The position numbers and the translations under genes were made by a program. A stretch of DNA of 64,000 nt from Octopus sinensis (taxonomy: Eukaryota). The notes beneath the pieces were generated by a model. That model ran no database searches and was not told the origin of the DNA. It saw nothing but the letters and a program-made list of their open reading frames with translations. Below, in pieces: positions 51,241 through 64,000 of the stretch (positions are counted from its first letter, which is position 1; each line of letters begins with the position of its first letter). The DNA lies in assembly GCF_006345805.1 (NCBI RefSeq), contig NC_042998.1:71920001-71984000 (forward strand). Direction: 5' to 3'.

Positions 51241-53334
51241 ATTAAAAATATTAGTTGCTGAAGAATGTAAAGATATTGAGTGGTTTTAGTTATAAAAAGC
51301 AACACCGTAAAACAATATCATATATGGGAGTTACAGCTAATGTACACATTTACATTAAAACATATCTTTTGGTATAAAATAAAAGAAGTGAAGGTTAGGT
51401 ATAATTTATATCTGAAATATATAACGCTTGTAGTGATCTGTTTAGTAGATATCCTGACATGTATTTGTGCTCTAGAATTTCGTAAACACAGCATTTGAAA
51501 TGGATATACACATATATACAGAAATGACTATGTGCAGTTATAGAATATATCTCTATCGCTGTGTGAGTTAACGCACGGCGTGATATCTACTTTCGTGCAT
51601 GTCTTACGTATAATTTGGGTGGAAATATTGAACGCTTTAATTCATAATTTATTTCCTAAGTCAGAACAGAATATACCCAATACAAGTAAACAGAATTCTC
51701 TATAAATGTTGTCATTTTACCTACAAACGATATCATGTAACTACTATAGGAAAGCGTGGGTGGTAGAATTTTATGTGTATCTTTCCAAAATTGCTGGAAT
51801 TTAATAGTCATTTGCAACATTAGTAGCCGTTTTCAGGTAGTAGAAAATATATGTTGCATTGTGTTAGTTCTAGACCTACGTATTATATGTTGAAGTTGAT
51901 GGGGAAATTGAGTATATATTTTGGTGCGAAATTTCAAGCAATATACAACGAGAATAAAGGAAGCAGAGATGGACATATTGAAAAGAATTGGGTGGATATA
52001 CTAAGTAGCTTTCAAAATCAGAGAAGTATTTCTTGACCTGTCTATCCAATCACTGTCTCAGTACTTATTTGAAATGTTTTTCAGAAACTTTTTCAATAAT
52101 ATTTGGCTAAACTTATCTGTTAGGGAATTTCTAAAATAGATATATAACTCATACGTACACATTCTAAAGACGCTGACAATTATTCACTTCCAAAATTTCA
52201 GCAATATATTGTATCCGAAATACATAGTACAAAGCAAGTGTCACATTAATTTATTGACCATCTCCATTCAATATTATTGCGGTAATACGATTCACCAAGA
52301 AATTATCCTACCGACAACACTTCCTTAAGAAATTCTTCCTTGAAATATTCTCTTATAACTGCCTAGTATACCGATGATAGCAGCACACTGCCTAACAATG
52401 TATCCATTGTAATGCTAATGGAAGTGATATTTTAATAACGGATGTAATAAACTAAGATAATGCGTTCCAATTTTCGTCGTTCATTTACTAATTTCTTCTC
52501 TTTTTATCTTTCGGTTCTCGGCTTTCTGATATTATGAAAATTCATTCAATTACGTTTACATAACCCTTATGCCTGAGGAGACCCGAAAACTTGAAGTAGC
52601 TAAATTTAAATAATGTACGCTGAACACGTATAATAAATAATTGTCCTGCTCTTCTATCACTTATAAATACACTGTTCAGTGAAGCGATTCTCGTATTATA
52701 TTGAATTGCTGATCTTCGCATTGTTTTTAGTCTTGAAGCTATTGTTGAGCAGCAGATTGTGTATACTTCATGTACCATGTATTAAATCAGGCAGGACAAT
52801 ACTGAGATGCTTCCTGAACCAATCTAATTGTTACTTCTTCGGCAGTTATAAAGGAATTCTTTTCAGGAGCATCATTGCTAATATTTCAGTGGGTTTATGT
52901 ATTGTATGATATGGAATTAACATTAATTGCATCCGAGCAACCTCATAAACTACATCCCTATTACAATATACGTTCACATACTAATCTATACATGCATGCA
53001 AATATTACCTCAATTCTCCGTTTCATTATACTAAATTTTCTACTGTGTCTCAATGAAAATGAACGAAAACTAGTTGCCTTCATTTAAAAAAAAAAAAATT
53101 CAATGTGAAGCTTATACTCAGGATCGATTCGAGTTCAAGTGTTTTGTGAAATATACATTCTAGTGACATTTTTTATCTTTCACTGATCAGTATTTATCTT
53201 CAATGTAAAGCATAGAGGAACGGTTCAAATCCCGTTAGAGTGAAGAATTTTTAATTGTTATTTCTTTTCCTATTATTAGTAGGTGCCTTCTATTAATTTA
53301 TTGCAGCATCTCGGCAATATATTATTAGGGAAAC

Positions 53335-53805
53335 CAGCGACCTGGCAGAACTATTAGCACGCCGGGCGAAATTCTTAGCGGTATTTCGTCTGCCGCTACG
53401 TTCTGAGTTCAAATTCCGCCGAGGTCGACTTTGCCTTTCATCCTTTCGGGGTCGATAAATTAAGTACATATTTCTTTACTACCCACAAGGGGCTAAACAC
53501 AGAGAGGACAAACAAGGACAGACATACGGATTATGTCGATTATATCGACCCCAGTGCGTAACTGGTACTTATTTAATCGACCCCGAAAGGATGAAAGGCA
53601 AAGACGACCTCGGCGGAATTTTAACTCCGAACGTAGAGGCAGACGAAATACCACTAAACATTTCGCCCGGCGTGTTAACGTTTCTGCCAGCTCACCGATA
53701 AATTAAGTACCAGTTACGCACTGGTGTTGATGTAATCGACTTAATCCGTTTGTCTGTCCTTCTTTGTCCTCAGAGTGTTTAGCCCCTTGTGGGCAGTAGA
53801 GAAAT
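53335..53805 (+). mobile_element. tRNA-derived SINE interrupted by an inverted SINE of the same family
   Basis: 5' half at 53335-53467 and 3' half at 53696-53805; CGATAAATTAAGTAC is duplicated at 53453-53467 and 53696-53710. Confidence 0.88.
53468..53695 (-). mobile_element. Full-length tRNA-derived SINE nested in antisense orientation
   Basis: The reverse complement matches 33396-33616 from head to tail; flanked by a 15-bp TSD. Confidence 0.9.
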
Positions 53806-53819
53806 ATGTATTTTGTCTG

Positions 53820-53950
53820 TCTTTACGTTCTGAGTTCTAATTCTGCCGAGGTCGACTTTGCCTTTCATCCATTTCGGGGTCGATAAATTAAATACCAGTT
53901 GCATACTGTGGTCGATCTAATTCCCCAAAGTTTTGGGCCTTGAGTAGGAA
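53820..53950 (+). mobile_element. SINE fragment
   Basis: ttacgttctgagttc...gccgaggtcgactttgcctttcatcc...gtcgataaatt. Confidence 0.75.
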
Positions 53951-54334
53951 AGAATACATTATTAGGAAATTTTACTGTGAGGTACGAGATTGATAGCCAA
54001 TTATTAGATCAAAGTTGAAGAGAAAAATAAAATATTGGTGAGCAAAAGCAATACTCATGTTCAACCAACTGGATGAATTTAAGAAAATTTCATTTGTTTT
54101 TTCGTGGAAATCCTTTCAGATTGGTGATGAGTTTGGTATGTACTTTACCAACATCTGTTGCACCGCAGAATCACTGTATCACTTATCTATTGACAACAAA
54201 TTGTAGTTTTAGTTATAAGAACACCACCAGAACTTATCTGTTGGCAACAAAAAGAAAAAGGAATACCTTCGAAAATTCCATACCTGAGTCAGAATGAGGT
54301 TGGAATATGCCTTATCACTATTATAGTAATATTT

Positions 54335-54530
54335 AAGGCGTCGAACTCGCAAAATCGGTAGCACGCGTACAAAGAACTTGGTAGCATTTCGTCAGATTTT
54401 ACACTCTGATTTCAAATTACGCCGACGTCGATTTGCCATTCAGCATTTCGGGCTCAATGAAATAAGTACCAGTGGGATTGATATCATCAACTTTTCTGCT
54501 ACCCCGAAATTTCTGTTGTGCCAGTATTTG
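54335..54530 (+). mobile_element. Old degenerate SINE
   Basis: Diverged match to the 33396 family (aaggcg..., caaattacgccgacgtcga, aataagtaccag). Confidence 0.6.
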
Positions 54531-55129
54531 AAAATATTATAATATTTCTATCTTAATATCCTTAATATCCACACGTTTACACGTTTACAATACACATGTT
54601 ATCTACCTGTTGATAGGGCGGTTTTCTTGTTTATGCAGTATAGAAGTATACTTGAATGATAAAAAAAAAGATACTGCGTTAATAAACAGAAAACATGGGA
54701 ATCGGGATTTTTCAATGTAGATAAATTTTTCACCGTTTCCAACGGAAGAAAACGATCTATGCCTTAATTTTAGTGCTTGATTTGTATTTTGTTGAAGCGA
54801 ACACAAAATGATGAAAAGCAAAATATGACACCGTTGAGAATTGAACTCTGAAAGAAAGAGTTGAAAGACTCCTGTGTCATCGCCAGCGTTCAAATGAAAT
54901 AACTCTTTTCGCTCTTTATTGAGGTGTGTTAAGAAGGAAATTATATTTTCAAAGAAACAGTTTTCTACCTATGATTTATTTAAAAAAAGTTTATGACAAC
55001 ATATACTCTGCATGTACGTGAGTGTTTTTAATTAGAGTTTTGTTGTATACCACAATTTGACGTTTACATATATACATATATTTGTTTAATTATTATAAAT
55101 CTTCCTCTGAAAAGGGAGCCAGTTCCCAA

Positions 55130-55530
55130 CAAAGATACACGACTCCATCTTTGGGATGTAGTTAACACAGACAAATTCACATTTGGAACATGGGAAAAGT
55201 CTTGCATATTTTTACTGTTCCACTCACAGATTGCAGTTTTAATGTACGGATCAGCCGGTCGATTTCTCTTCCTGAAAATCCCAGTTTATCCAGTTTCTCC
55301 TTTAAGCAATTACTAACAAAATCTACTGCTCCAATTATTATTGGTATGAATATGAATTCATAGTCTGGATATAGAAGCTGAAGTTTTCGATGCAGTTGTC
55401 CATAGACATCCTCTTCTCATTTAATGTTCAAAAAGATATTTACATCTGCAGGGTAGCCTCTATGAGGGTACATACCTTTGCCCCTCTGTCCCAAACAACA
55501 ATATCCCGCCTGTTATATTTACATCTGACA
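55130..55530 (-). mobile_element. RLE-type LINE 3' fragment (restriction-like endonuclease)
   Basis: Minus strand: NRRDIVVWDRGAKVCTLIE...YGQLHRKLQLLYPDYEFIFIPIIIGAV...LDKLGFSGREIDRLIR...SVSGTVKICKTF. Confidence 0.75.
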
Positions 55531-56358
55531 GGAGTTTTGAATATATTGCATAACTATTCCTTATGTACGTATGTATGCATGTATGCATGTATTATGTATG
55601 TATGTGCGCATGTATGTATGTACGCACGTACGTATGTATGTATGCATACAGGGCCTCAAACGTAAATATCGGCAAATATTTTATTGAAGTCTGCAGCTGC
55701 TCACGCATGCGTGTTTTTCAAACCAAACGCTTGGAAATATTGTATGGCATCAATGCTATATACTTACACTCATATACGCACATATAATCCAAAAGTGACT
55801 TTGTATATTGGTGTAAAACATTTCATTATCTTCCTGATATAGTAGAGGTTAACATAATTTTGGGGTGTATAGGGAAAATAAATTAAATACATAATGCCTA
55901 TTTATTTCATGTTTGAACAACGTGTCACAATTTTCCATGCCCCGTGACATGTTTTCTTCTTACTGTCACTAAGAGTGTTCTGTTGAATTTAATACTACAA
56001 GGAACAGACTCTTCATACAAGCCAGTTCATAGAAATAAGCCGAGGCCTTCACTCGCATTAGGCACCTGTAGATTTGGAGACAAAAATTGAATCAGTAGCA
56101 TACTCAGCCTGACTATTTTAGAAGTATTCTAGTATTTCTTTTAAAATCTATTTTTCGAATCTATTTTCTATGAATGGTCAACATATTTCTTAAGTATGAT
56201 TCCTGAAGTTCTAAAATGTGATGAGTGTTCTTTAAATCAACTCGCCAAATAAGTTCAAAGAAGAGTCACACCTATAAACGTACGTACACGTTCATATATA
56301 TATATGAGCGTGTACGTACGTTTCTATGTGGGTGTCTAACCTTTATATAAATATATAT

Positions 56359-56742
56359 AGGAGGCGCAATGGCCCAGTGGTTTGGGCAGCGGATTTGCGG
56401 TCATAGGATCGCGATTTCGATTCCCAGACCGGGCGTTGTGAGTGTTTATTAAGCGAAAACACCTAAAGCTCCACGATGCTCCGGCAGGGGATGGTGGTGA
56501 TCCCTGCTGTACTCTTTCACCATAACTTTCTCTCACTCTTACTTCCTGTTTCTGTTGTACCTGTATTTCAAAGGGCCGGCCTTGTCACTCTCTGTGTCAC
56601 GCTGAATATCCCCGAGAATTACGTTAAGGGTACACGTGACTGTGGAGTGCTCAGCCTCTTACACGTTAATTTCACGAGCAGGCTGTTCCGTTGATTCGGA
56701 TCAACAGGAACCCTCGTCGTCGTAACCGACGGAGTGCTTCCA
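56359..56742 (+). mobile_element. tRNA-derived SINE, full length
   Basis: GGAGGCGCAATGGCCCAGTGG (A-box-like), GATTTCGATTCCC (B-box-like), 3' GTCGTCGTAACCGACGG. Confidence 0.88.
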
Positions 56743-59700
56743 GATATATATAATCAACTAAAGGCAGAAGGTATGAAATTTGAAATTTTTTGGGTGTCTG
56801 GTAGCCAATTAAACCGACACCACTACACAACATTTATTTTATTAATCCCGAAAGGACGACCAGCAGAGTCAACCTCGAGGGAGTTTGAACACAGGTAGAT
56901 GAGCCGGAAGAAACACCGTTAAGCATTTTGTCCGGTGTTTTAATAATTCTCCCAACCCATCTCTATGACGTTACGCTTATGAAAGAGCTGGAAGAATTCG
57001 AACTTATTTAAAGTGATGGTAAGAACCTTCAAGAAAAGTGCTGTTTCAAATGTTTGCTCTAGAGAGAAAGAGAAACACAGAAATATTTCTTGGTCTCGGG
57101 CATGGTGCTATCTCTATTAGTTGTGTCTTATCATATAAGATTTACTAGACATTTTGGATTACCAGACTCCATAATTGAGTATTGTCAGAAATTAAAAAAA
57201 AATTAGATCCTCTTAATTATTTAATGGAAATTATGGCATAGGTGTTTCTATTTCTGTTCGTTATTTTATACGTATGAAGTAGTACGGTAGTCTTGTGGTA
57301 TGTCATTGTGTCTCAGAACCAGTTACAAATGCATCTGTCATATTAAGTAATCGCCTTCTTTCCTGCAGTGTTGCAACATAGTGGAGTTAATTTTCCAGGA
57401 TTTTCCCGTCAGATACACATGCTAAATATTTGTGACATGAAAGCGTCTTGAAATCATCACAGAATATCTAGCCACATATTATTAGAGATCCATTTCACTG
57501 AATATGATTATAAGCCAGTTCATTTGCACAAATGGGCAACCAATATAAATAACCATATGCATAACAATCCGAATGTTTGAATTTAGAAGATATATAATCG
57601 AATAACGAGATAAAATAATAGCCTAGCTAACAGTTAATACAACGTTAGAGAAGAGCAACTGAGTAACAAAACTCTGTTCATTTACAATATATTATTACAC
57701 ATGGGAATAATAAGCTATTCTTACACTTGAACGTCAATACTTATTTTACCTTCTTTTGTTATTCTTGGAACAGCTTACCAAGATTAATTTACTTAATTGT
57801 TATTGAGATAATACATAATTACTTAAAGGTATATTAATCGCCATTAATATAAATTTGTATCAACGTGTACATATCTTCGATAAATTTCGCTGTCTACTTA
57901 TTTCTTTCTCTTAGTATATATCCTTCTTAATAACTCTACTTCTACCCTTTCCCTCTCTCGGCCATATATGTATGTGTACACACATAAATACACACACACA
58001 CACACACACTAACAAACATACACATATAAATATATATATGTGTGTCTGTCTATATACACTTAACCGTACGTATAGCTCTAGACTCGAATGTATGTTTCTA
58101 TGCATGCCTATATGTGTATGTATTACTCTCTTTTTATATACGTATATATATATATATATATAGTTTCACGTGTGCTTGTGTATGTCTCTCTGCGTATTAT
58201 ATGTTCAATAATATAATTGCTTATCTGTAATTTTATTGGCATTACTCCTTCTAGATGCCAAATTATCTATATGACTATTGTTACGCAAGGTTATTTCCAT
58301 TTATTCGTATAGTAATTTATATCACTTGAAGGAGTCATGTGTTGTTATAATTTGCATCAAACGCTATAATCATTGAACTATCTGTCCTGACTATCGATTA
58401 ATCTAATAATCTGTAACTGAAAGAGTTAATTTGAAATTCTAAATATAGATTACATGTTTCTGTGTGGCTTAGATGGACGTTGGATATTTACGCACTTTCA
58501 TCAGTTTCGGCAATATAGTAATAATGTCTTGAACAGAATGGTGAATGAAGTGTGTGGGTAGAAATATATGCTTTAACTTCGATAAATTTCTTACTTAACA
58601 TAACGTCGCCTCTTTTCTTATCAGAAGAAGCGACTCCTTAAAATTTGGAATCGTTTTTTAAAGTCATTTTAATACATTGGAAGGAAATGTTAGTAGTAGA
58701 GGGATAAATATTTATCATTCTTTTATTTCACAAAATATTTTCTCTCAAGTTAGCAAATTCTAAATCTTGTACAATGTTGCAGCACAATTATACACGATAA
58801 AGAGCAAATAAAACGATCGAATAAAAATATTGCTGGCACATGGACAAATATTTGTAATTCTTAAAACTTTGAAAATAGTTTCTGTTGAATTAACAAACTC
58901 GATAACACGTACAATAATTCAATACAATTATACATGATGAATACCAAATAAAACATAGTGAAAACAATGTTAGCTCATGGACAAATATTGGTGATTCTTT
59001 AGCTATATAAATAGATTTCTATTCACTTAGCAACTGGAAATCTTGAATAATACTTCATCACAATTATTTGTGATAAAAAGCAAATAAAACCCGTCTGTTA
59101 AAGTGGTTGCCTGCATTAGCAAATAATCATGTCGTAGAGATCGTAGATATATAGAAACAAGATTATTGATTCTTCACATACTGATCATCATCGAAGAGAT
59201 TTCGATGTGTACATAGAGGAACGGTGCTGCGCTCTAGGTAATCTAAGTGGTCAACTATGGCATTAAATTTGATTGGTCCCCCGAATTTTGAACAAGTTAC
59301 ACAAAATTCATTTTCGTACTGAAAACACACAAACTCATAAATAAACAAAGCAGGAAAAATCACTCCTGGGACAGAGGCTAGAGTACAAGTTTGGGCAAGG
59401 CGGAGAAGAAGAAAGTTTTGCGTGATTTTATATATAGTCAAATATTTTATTAAATATTAACATGTTTTAATTTTTTAAAAAAGGTGTGACACGCACGGAA
59501 ATAAAATTAAATGTCTTGTGTACAAGTTGTAATTTTCAGTTGGTATAATTAGAGTAAATGATAGATGAGTCTGAGTAAACATTGTTAAATTACATTAATA
59601 ATATAGGGCCGGGAGAGTGTACTTCCAAAACAAAAGTATGAGAAATGGATACAAACATAACCACTTAGAAAAGATAGTGACCAATATAGGGTTGGGAAAA

Positions 59701-61164
59701 GAGGACCGCCCTGTAGGCCTGAGGAATGCGGAGCTCATTATAAGGCTGAGTGAATTTGTGCATTCCGAAGGTAGAAGAAGGGTGAGCACAGTTTACAGAT
59801 GGAAGAGAGTCGCGTACACTAGTGTTGGAAGAAAGTAATTTGGAACCTGGGAGAAATTGGCCTGATTGTTAGGACTAGTAAAATAGAGCAAATATTGTTG
59901 TAGTTCTGTCACACTGACCACTATACGTGTATTTAAAGGTAAATTTTGCAATACCTTCAGCCAATGGCTGTTCCGTAGCAAATAAATTATTCGGAGATTT
60001 AACTTGGATAGTAAAATATTGTTCAGTTCTTGGAAGTCACTGGAACTGTATAATATACTCTGGGGTGTATGTATCCTGAAGAAAATTCTATACATTAAAA
60101 AAAATTGCACTGTTATAGGAATGCAATTTATATAAAATTGCGGTTTTCGTCTTATATTAACCACGTGCTATATATGAAAAGGTTCAGTACATGTGGTTTA
60201 CAGTATATGTAAGAATAGGAAACCTAGCAAAATTGCTCAATTGCTCTTTACTTTGAAGTATATATAAACATATATCCCGAGTGATAACTATACGAATATA
60301 TGTATGTGCGTGCATGTGTAAATTTCAAATAACAAATGTAAATTAGAAATTAGTACCAAAAACGAAACAGTTTTTGTATATGCTTGCATTGCTTATCCGC
60401 GCACATATTACATCTTGTAGTCAAACGTACTCCTATTCATCTTTCAAGAAGAGATTTGATAATCTCAGGCTCACTCAAGAGTGTAAGAGTTCTAGTAAAG
60501 CTAATATTTATCAGGTCGCAAGTTATCTTCTTTAGGGACATATAATTAGTTAGAAATAGCAGCCAATTTAACAGCAGCGTGGCTGAAAAACAAATTCCTT
60601 GCATTTGTTGGTTAATATTATTTTGCATACACTCTAGCAGAAAGAAAAGCAGAATGGCATTGACTTAACAGAAACGACAGTGACAATTGTTCTGCCGTAT
60701 CGAGAGTGAGGTGAGACTAGCATAAGCTAAAAAATTGTATTGAAATGACTTAGTGATGTCAATTTTGAGGTTTTCGGAACATGTTACATCTGTAATAACG
60801 ACTGCGATGCATTGCTAAGCTATAAGAGCATTCTATTAACTTCATTTTCCAGTTCTCTTGTTGTTAAACTCCTCATACGGTATTTCTTCCAGCGCTAATT
60901 TATGTTCAAATTTCTATTAGTGCCAAAGGCCAACATTGTGTTTTAGCCTTTTTTAGTCGATGACATAAGTATCTTTCAAGCACTTTGACCAAACTCCTCC
61001 ACTCAAAAAACTGCTCCTGTGACCAAATTAGAATCGTATATTTTTTGCTGATGTCCATAATGTAGCAACTAACACGGAAAACAAATGTGCTTTATGGTCA
61101 TATATGAACTGTAAAAAATATTTCTTAACAACACAACAATATTTGTATATTTTTATCATATGAT

Positions 61165-61830
61165 ATACGTGATATGACCAATAAGTACTCGGACTGTTTC
61201 CATAGTAACGACGTTAAAGCAGGTGGAGTAAAGCCTCTTAGCACAGTTTGACCTTGAACTCTGTTGTGCATGCGCATTAAGTTTTAAGGTTCTAGCTTAC
61301 TTCCACTGTGCTTGGAAGAAAGATGTGTTGCGTGTGATCGTCGAATTGGTCCTTACAGAGAAAGTTGAGCAGAGAATTTGCATCAAATTTTGTCAAAAGC
61401 TTGGAGATACTTGCTCAGACGCCTAGGCAAAGTTTTCAAAAGTTGTCATCATGCTCGACAGAATCACTGAGATCTTGTGCAACTGAAACGAGAGTGACTT
61501 CTTGGTCAGCTGAAAGCATTTTTGCCACAAACTTGGCAGGACGGGTCTCATACACAATAGTCAATGATAATGAACTGAACCGCACCGTAACTAATCGGCA
61601 CATCCTCTTATAACTTACGGATAGTAATTCGATGATTTGCCTTATAGTTGCACGCACATCTGCTACGTTTTTCTTAGTTCTGTTTGTTGCGGGTCTCCCA
61701 GAAATTTCGTCAATATCGACATTTTTGTAAACGCCTGAAACACTCGAACACATGTATGCGGCTCATACACCCCTCTTCATATACTTTCTGTGACTTTGTT
61801 TCTGCCTCTGAGCAGGTTTTGCTATGACAC
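61165..61830. mobile_element. Two mariner fragments joined in opposite orientation
   Basis: Plus strand 61165-61440: 5' end and EQRICIKFCQKLGDTCSDA. Minus strand 61830-61425: TCSEAE..KVY, SGRP, AKFVAKMLSADQ, DDNF. Confidence 0.8.
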
Positions 61831-64000
61831 CTTTCTCTGCCATGGCTAATGCGACCATCACACACTACGTACCTTACTACCAAACACTGCAGTGAACATT
61901 AGAAATAAGCTAGCAGGCTAAAACGTAATGCACACACACATTTCAAGGTCAGTTTTTGCCGAGCGGCTTTACTCTGTGTGATTTAGCTTCGTTAGTATGA
62001 CAACAGTGTGGGTAGTTATTTATCAGATTTCGTATATTGTCTATCCATCATGTTAAATTGCAGCAAGCAAATTCCGAATCATTGAGAGCGGCTTTTAATG
62101 CCGTTGCTGTTCATTTAGATTCGCGGAACCCTTGGATAATCAACGCTTAATGACAAACACTCCAACTATATGTATATATATTTTTTATCTCAACATCTCG
62201 CTAGTAGAATTAGATTATCAAGCGTTTTTTTTTTTCGTTTTTCTGAACTGAGATGCAACCTAATATAATTTGGCTACAATTTCCTGCTAAACGTGAATAG
62301 GCTCCCAAGCGTAGTTTGTGATAGAAGAAAGAATGGAATTTTTAAAGATTTTTTTATGTACTAGTATCAACTTGTTATGGCAATAATTAAAGTGGCGAAA
62401 ATAATTAGGAATAACTAAATCATACGTTTGCATAACATTAGTATTCTCTGAGGTTTTAGCTTCAGAACAGTAGCGCTTTTATTAACGAGGACTGATAGTA
62501 TAATATAGCAAATACTACTACTTCATGCTAAAGGTATCTTTTTATACATTTGTTACAGTCGTAAGTTTAATGCCTCATTACCCTAAGATCATTTCCCACA
62601 TGGGTCGAAAGCAGTGAAAGAAGGAAGAGGTTACAAACTTCAGAAATTTCGAAAACGGTGAAGATGGCTGATTACCAAAATTAACAACTCAAAAAGAAAC
62701 AAGAAAAAACATCCGTTATTTCTTTAGTTGATTGAGAATGCGTTAATGTGTTGTATAATTTCTTTTCCCCAATAAAGAACTGTACAAAAAATTGTGAACA
62801 CGTCGAACGGACAATCAGGATAAAGACAATTTATCACAGGAATTCCATTTAGGAAAAGTTTGAAAGTCAGTTTTAATTTCTCTCTGCAGTCTCAGATATT
62901 TACAATAGCTGTTATAAATATTTATTGACTTTACTTTAGATATCACTTTTTCAATGGTTTTAATGCTATACATTGCAGTTCAGTTTTATATCATTTTATA
63001 GATCTCTTAAGGAAACATAAAAGCGTTTTTCATTAATCTATATATGCCGACAGGAATTATTTGAATTCTATTCTCTTTTTTTTTCTAATGTATCGAAAGC
63101 ACAAACAAGCATACGAGACTACAAAGAGTTGCTTTATCTATTACTTAGAGTTCACTCAAATAAAAATCAAGTGAACCCGGAACATTTTATAAAATATTGT
63201 ACTAGACCCACTCAGCCTTATACAAATGATGATCTGATATCTATTAGGATGGAATTGATCATATTAGCAGTGCAAAGCAGGAGTTGAACAGTAATAGTGG
63301 AAAAAACAAAACAAATAAAGGAAACAATAATGGAATGATGGGGCAATTAATAGCTTATTTCTATGACGTTAGCAAATGGCATTGTGATTCAATATTGTAT
63401 TCTAAACCAAAATTTAATGCGCGCGCAGACACACAGAGACACACACACGCACTGACACACACACAGTATGTTATACAAATATTTTTAAGGGGTGAGAGGA
63501 AGACGATTTTTCATACATTGTCAAATAAAATGTGTCATATTCAAAGAAAATGTAAGATACCGATTTGTTAATATGTCAAAGTATTTTCAGTTCAACCATT
63601 TACTACAATTAAAAAATATTACTTTATCCCTAACCGATGCAAGTACATTACGAAATATGGAAAAGTTTTGGCTTCCCAAATCTTACCTAAAATATGCTTT
63701 ACACTCTAGAGTGGCTACAATTTTCACTGTGAATTATAGTATTGGTGTTTACATGATCTCACTCTCTCGTGCGAGGAAAATATCTTCAAATCTAGCATCG
63801 TGTCAGATATCTAATTACAGTAACCACTTTGCCAATCTGATTGTTATCTTAAAAGTATTGCCGCAAATAAATGTGTACAATGTGAGAAATAGAAGTAGCA
63901 ATAAGTATGTTACAGATTGCTTTTAATGATATTATTAATGTGTAGTATTTTACTTTCAATTTATATTGGTGTCCGTAAATATAAACGTACAGAATATTAC

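Noticed and set aside
52560-52610. cctgaggagacccgaaaac motif resembling CUGANGA...GAAA
   Set aside because: Helix II and helix III cannot be formed without mismatches or an extra A, and helix I is only 2 bp.
33396-56742. tRNA-like A/B boxes
   Set aside because: They are SINE heads lacking a full cloverleaf, so not called as tRNA genes.
6070-58230. Many ORF-track entries rich in [20 protein letters not shown] or IIII
   Set aside because: They are translations of (TA)n, (CA)n, (GA)n and (AAT)n microsatellites, not genes.
59600-59850. Purine-rich open frame possibly from an L1/Tx1 3' end
   Set aside because: No diagnostic motif identified.

Overview
AT-rich eukaryotic genomic DNA with no host protein-coding exon that I can recognise. 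The SINE families and the very dense (TA)n/(CA)n/(AAT)n/(ATAG)n microsatellites point to a cephalopod, probably Octopus (inference). The window is a patchwork of transposons. It holds a decayed Helitron Rep/PIF1 gene, three non-autonomous Helitrons (two as a head-to-tail dimer), a near-complete CR1-type LINE ORF2, a tandemly duplicated RTE 3' end, RLE-type LINE fragments, several Penelope-like (PLE) fragments, mariners, MITEs and tRNA-derived SINEs. The most notable signal is a family of about 482-483 bp non-coding tandem units at 15206-15785 (+) and 32352-33232 (-). The two copies are clearly diverged in sequence, yet each folds into a complete type I hammerhead ribozyme with compensatory changes in all three helices and in several other stems. 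This resembles a retrozyme or non-autonomous PLE system. Two further minimal hammerheads with a CCGA core variant occur at 13843-13884 and 36679-36731. All structures were derived by eye; no folding program or database search was run.
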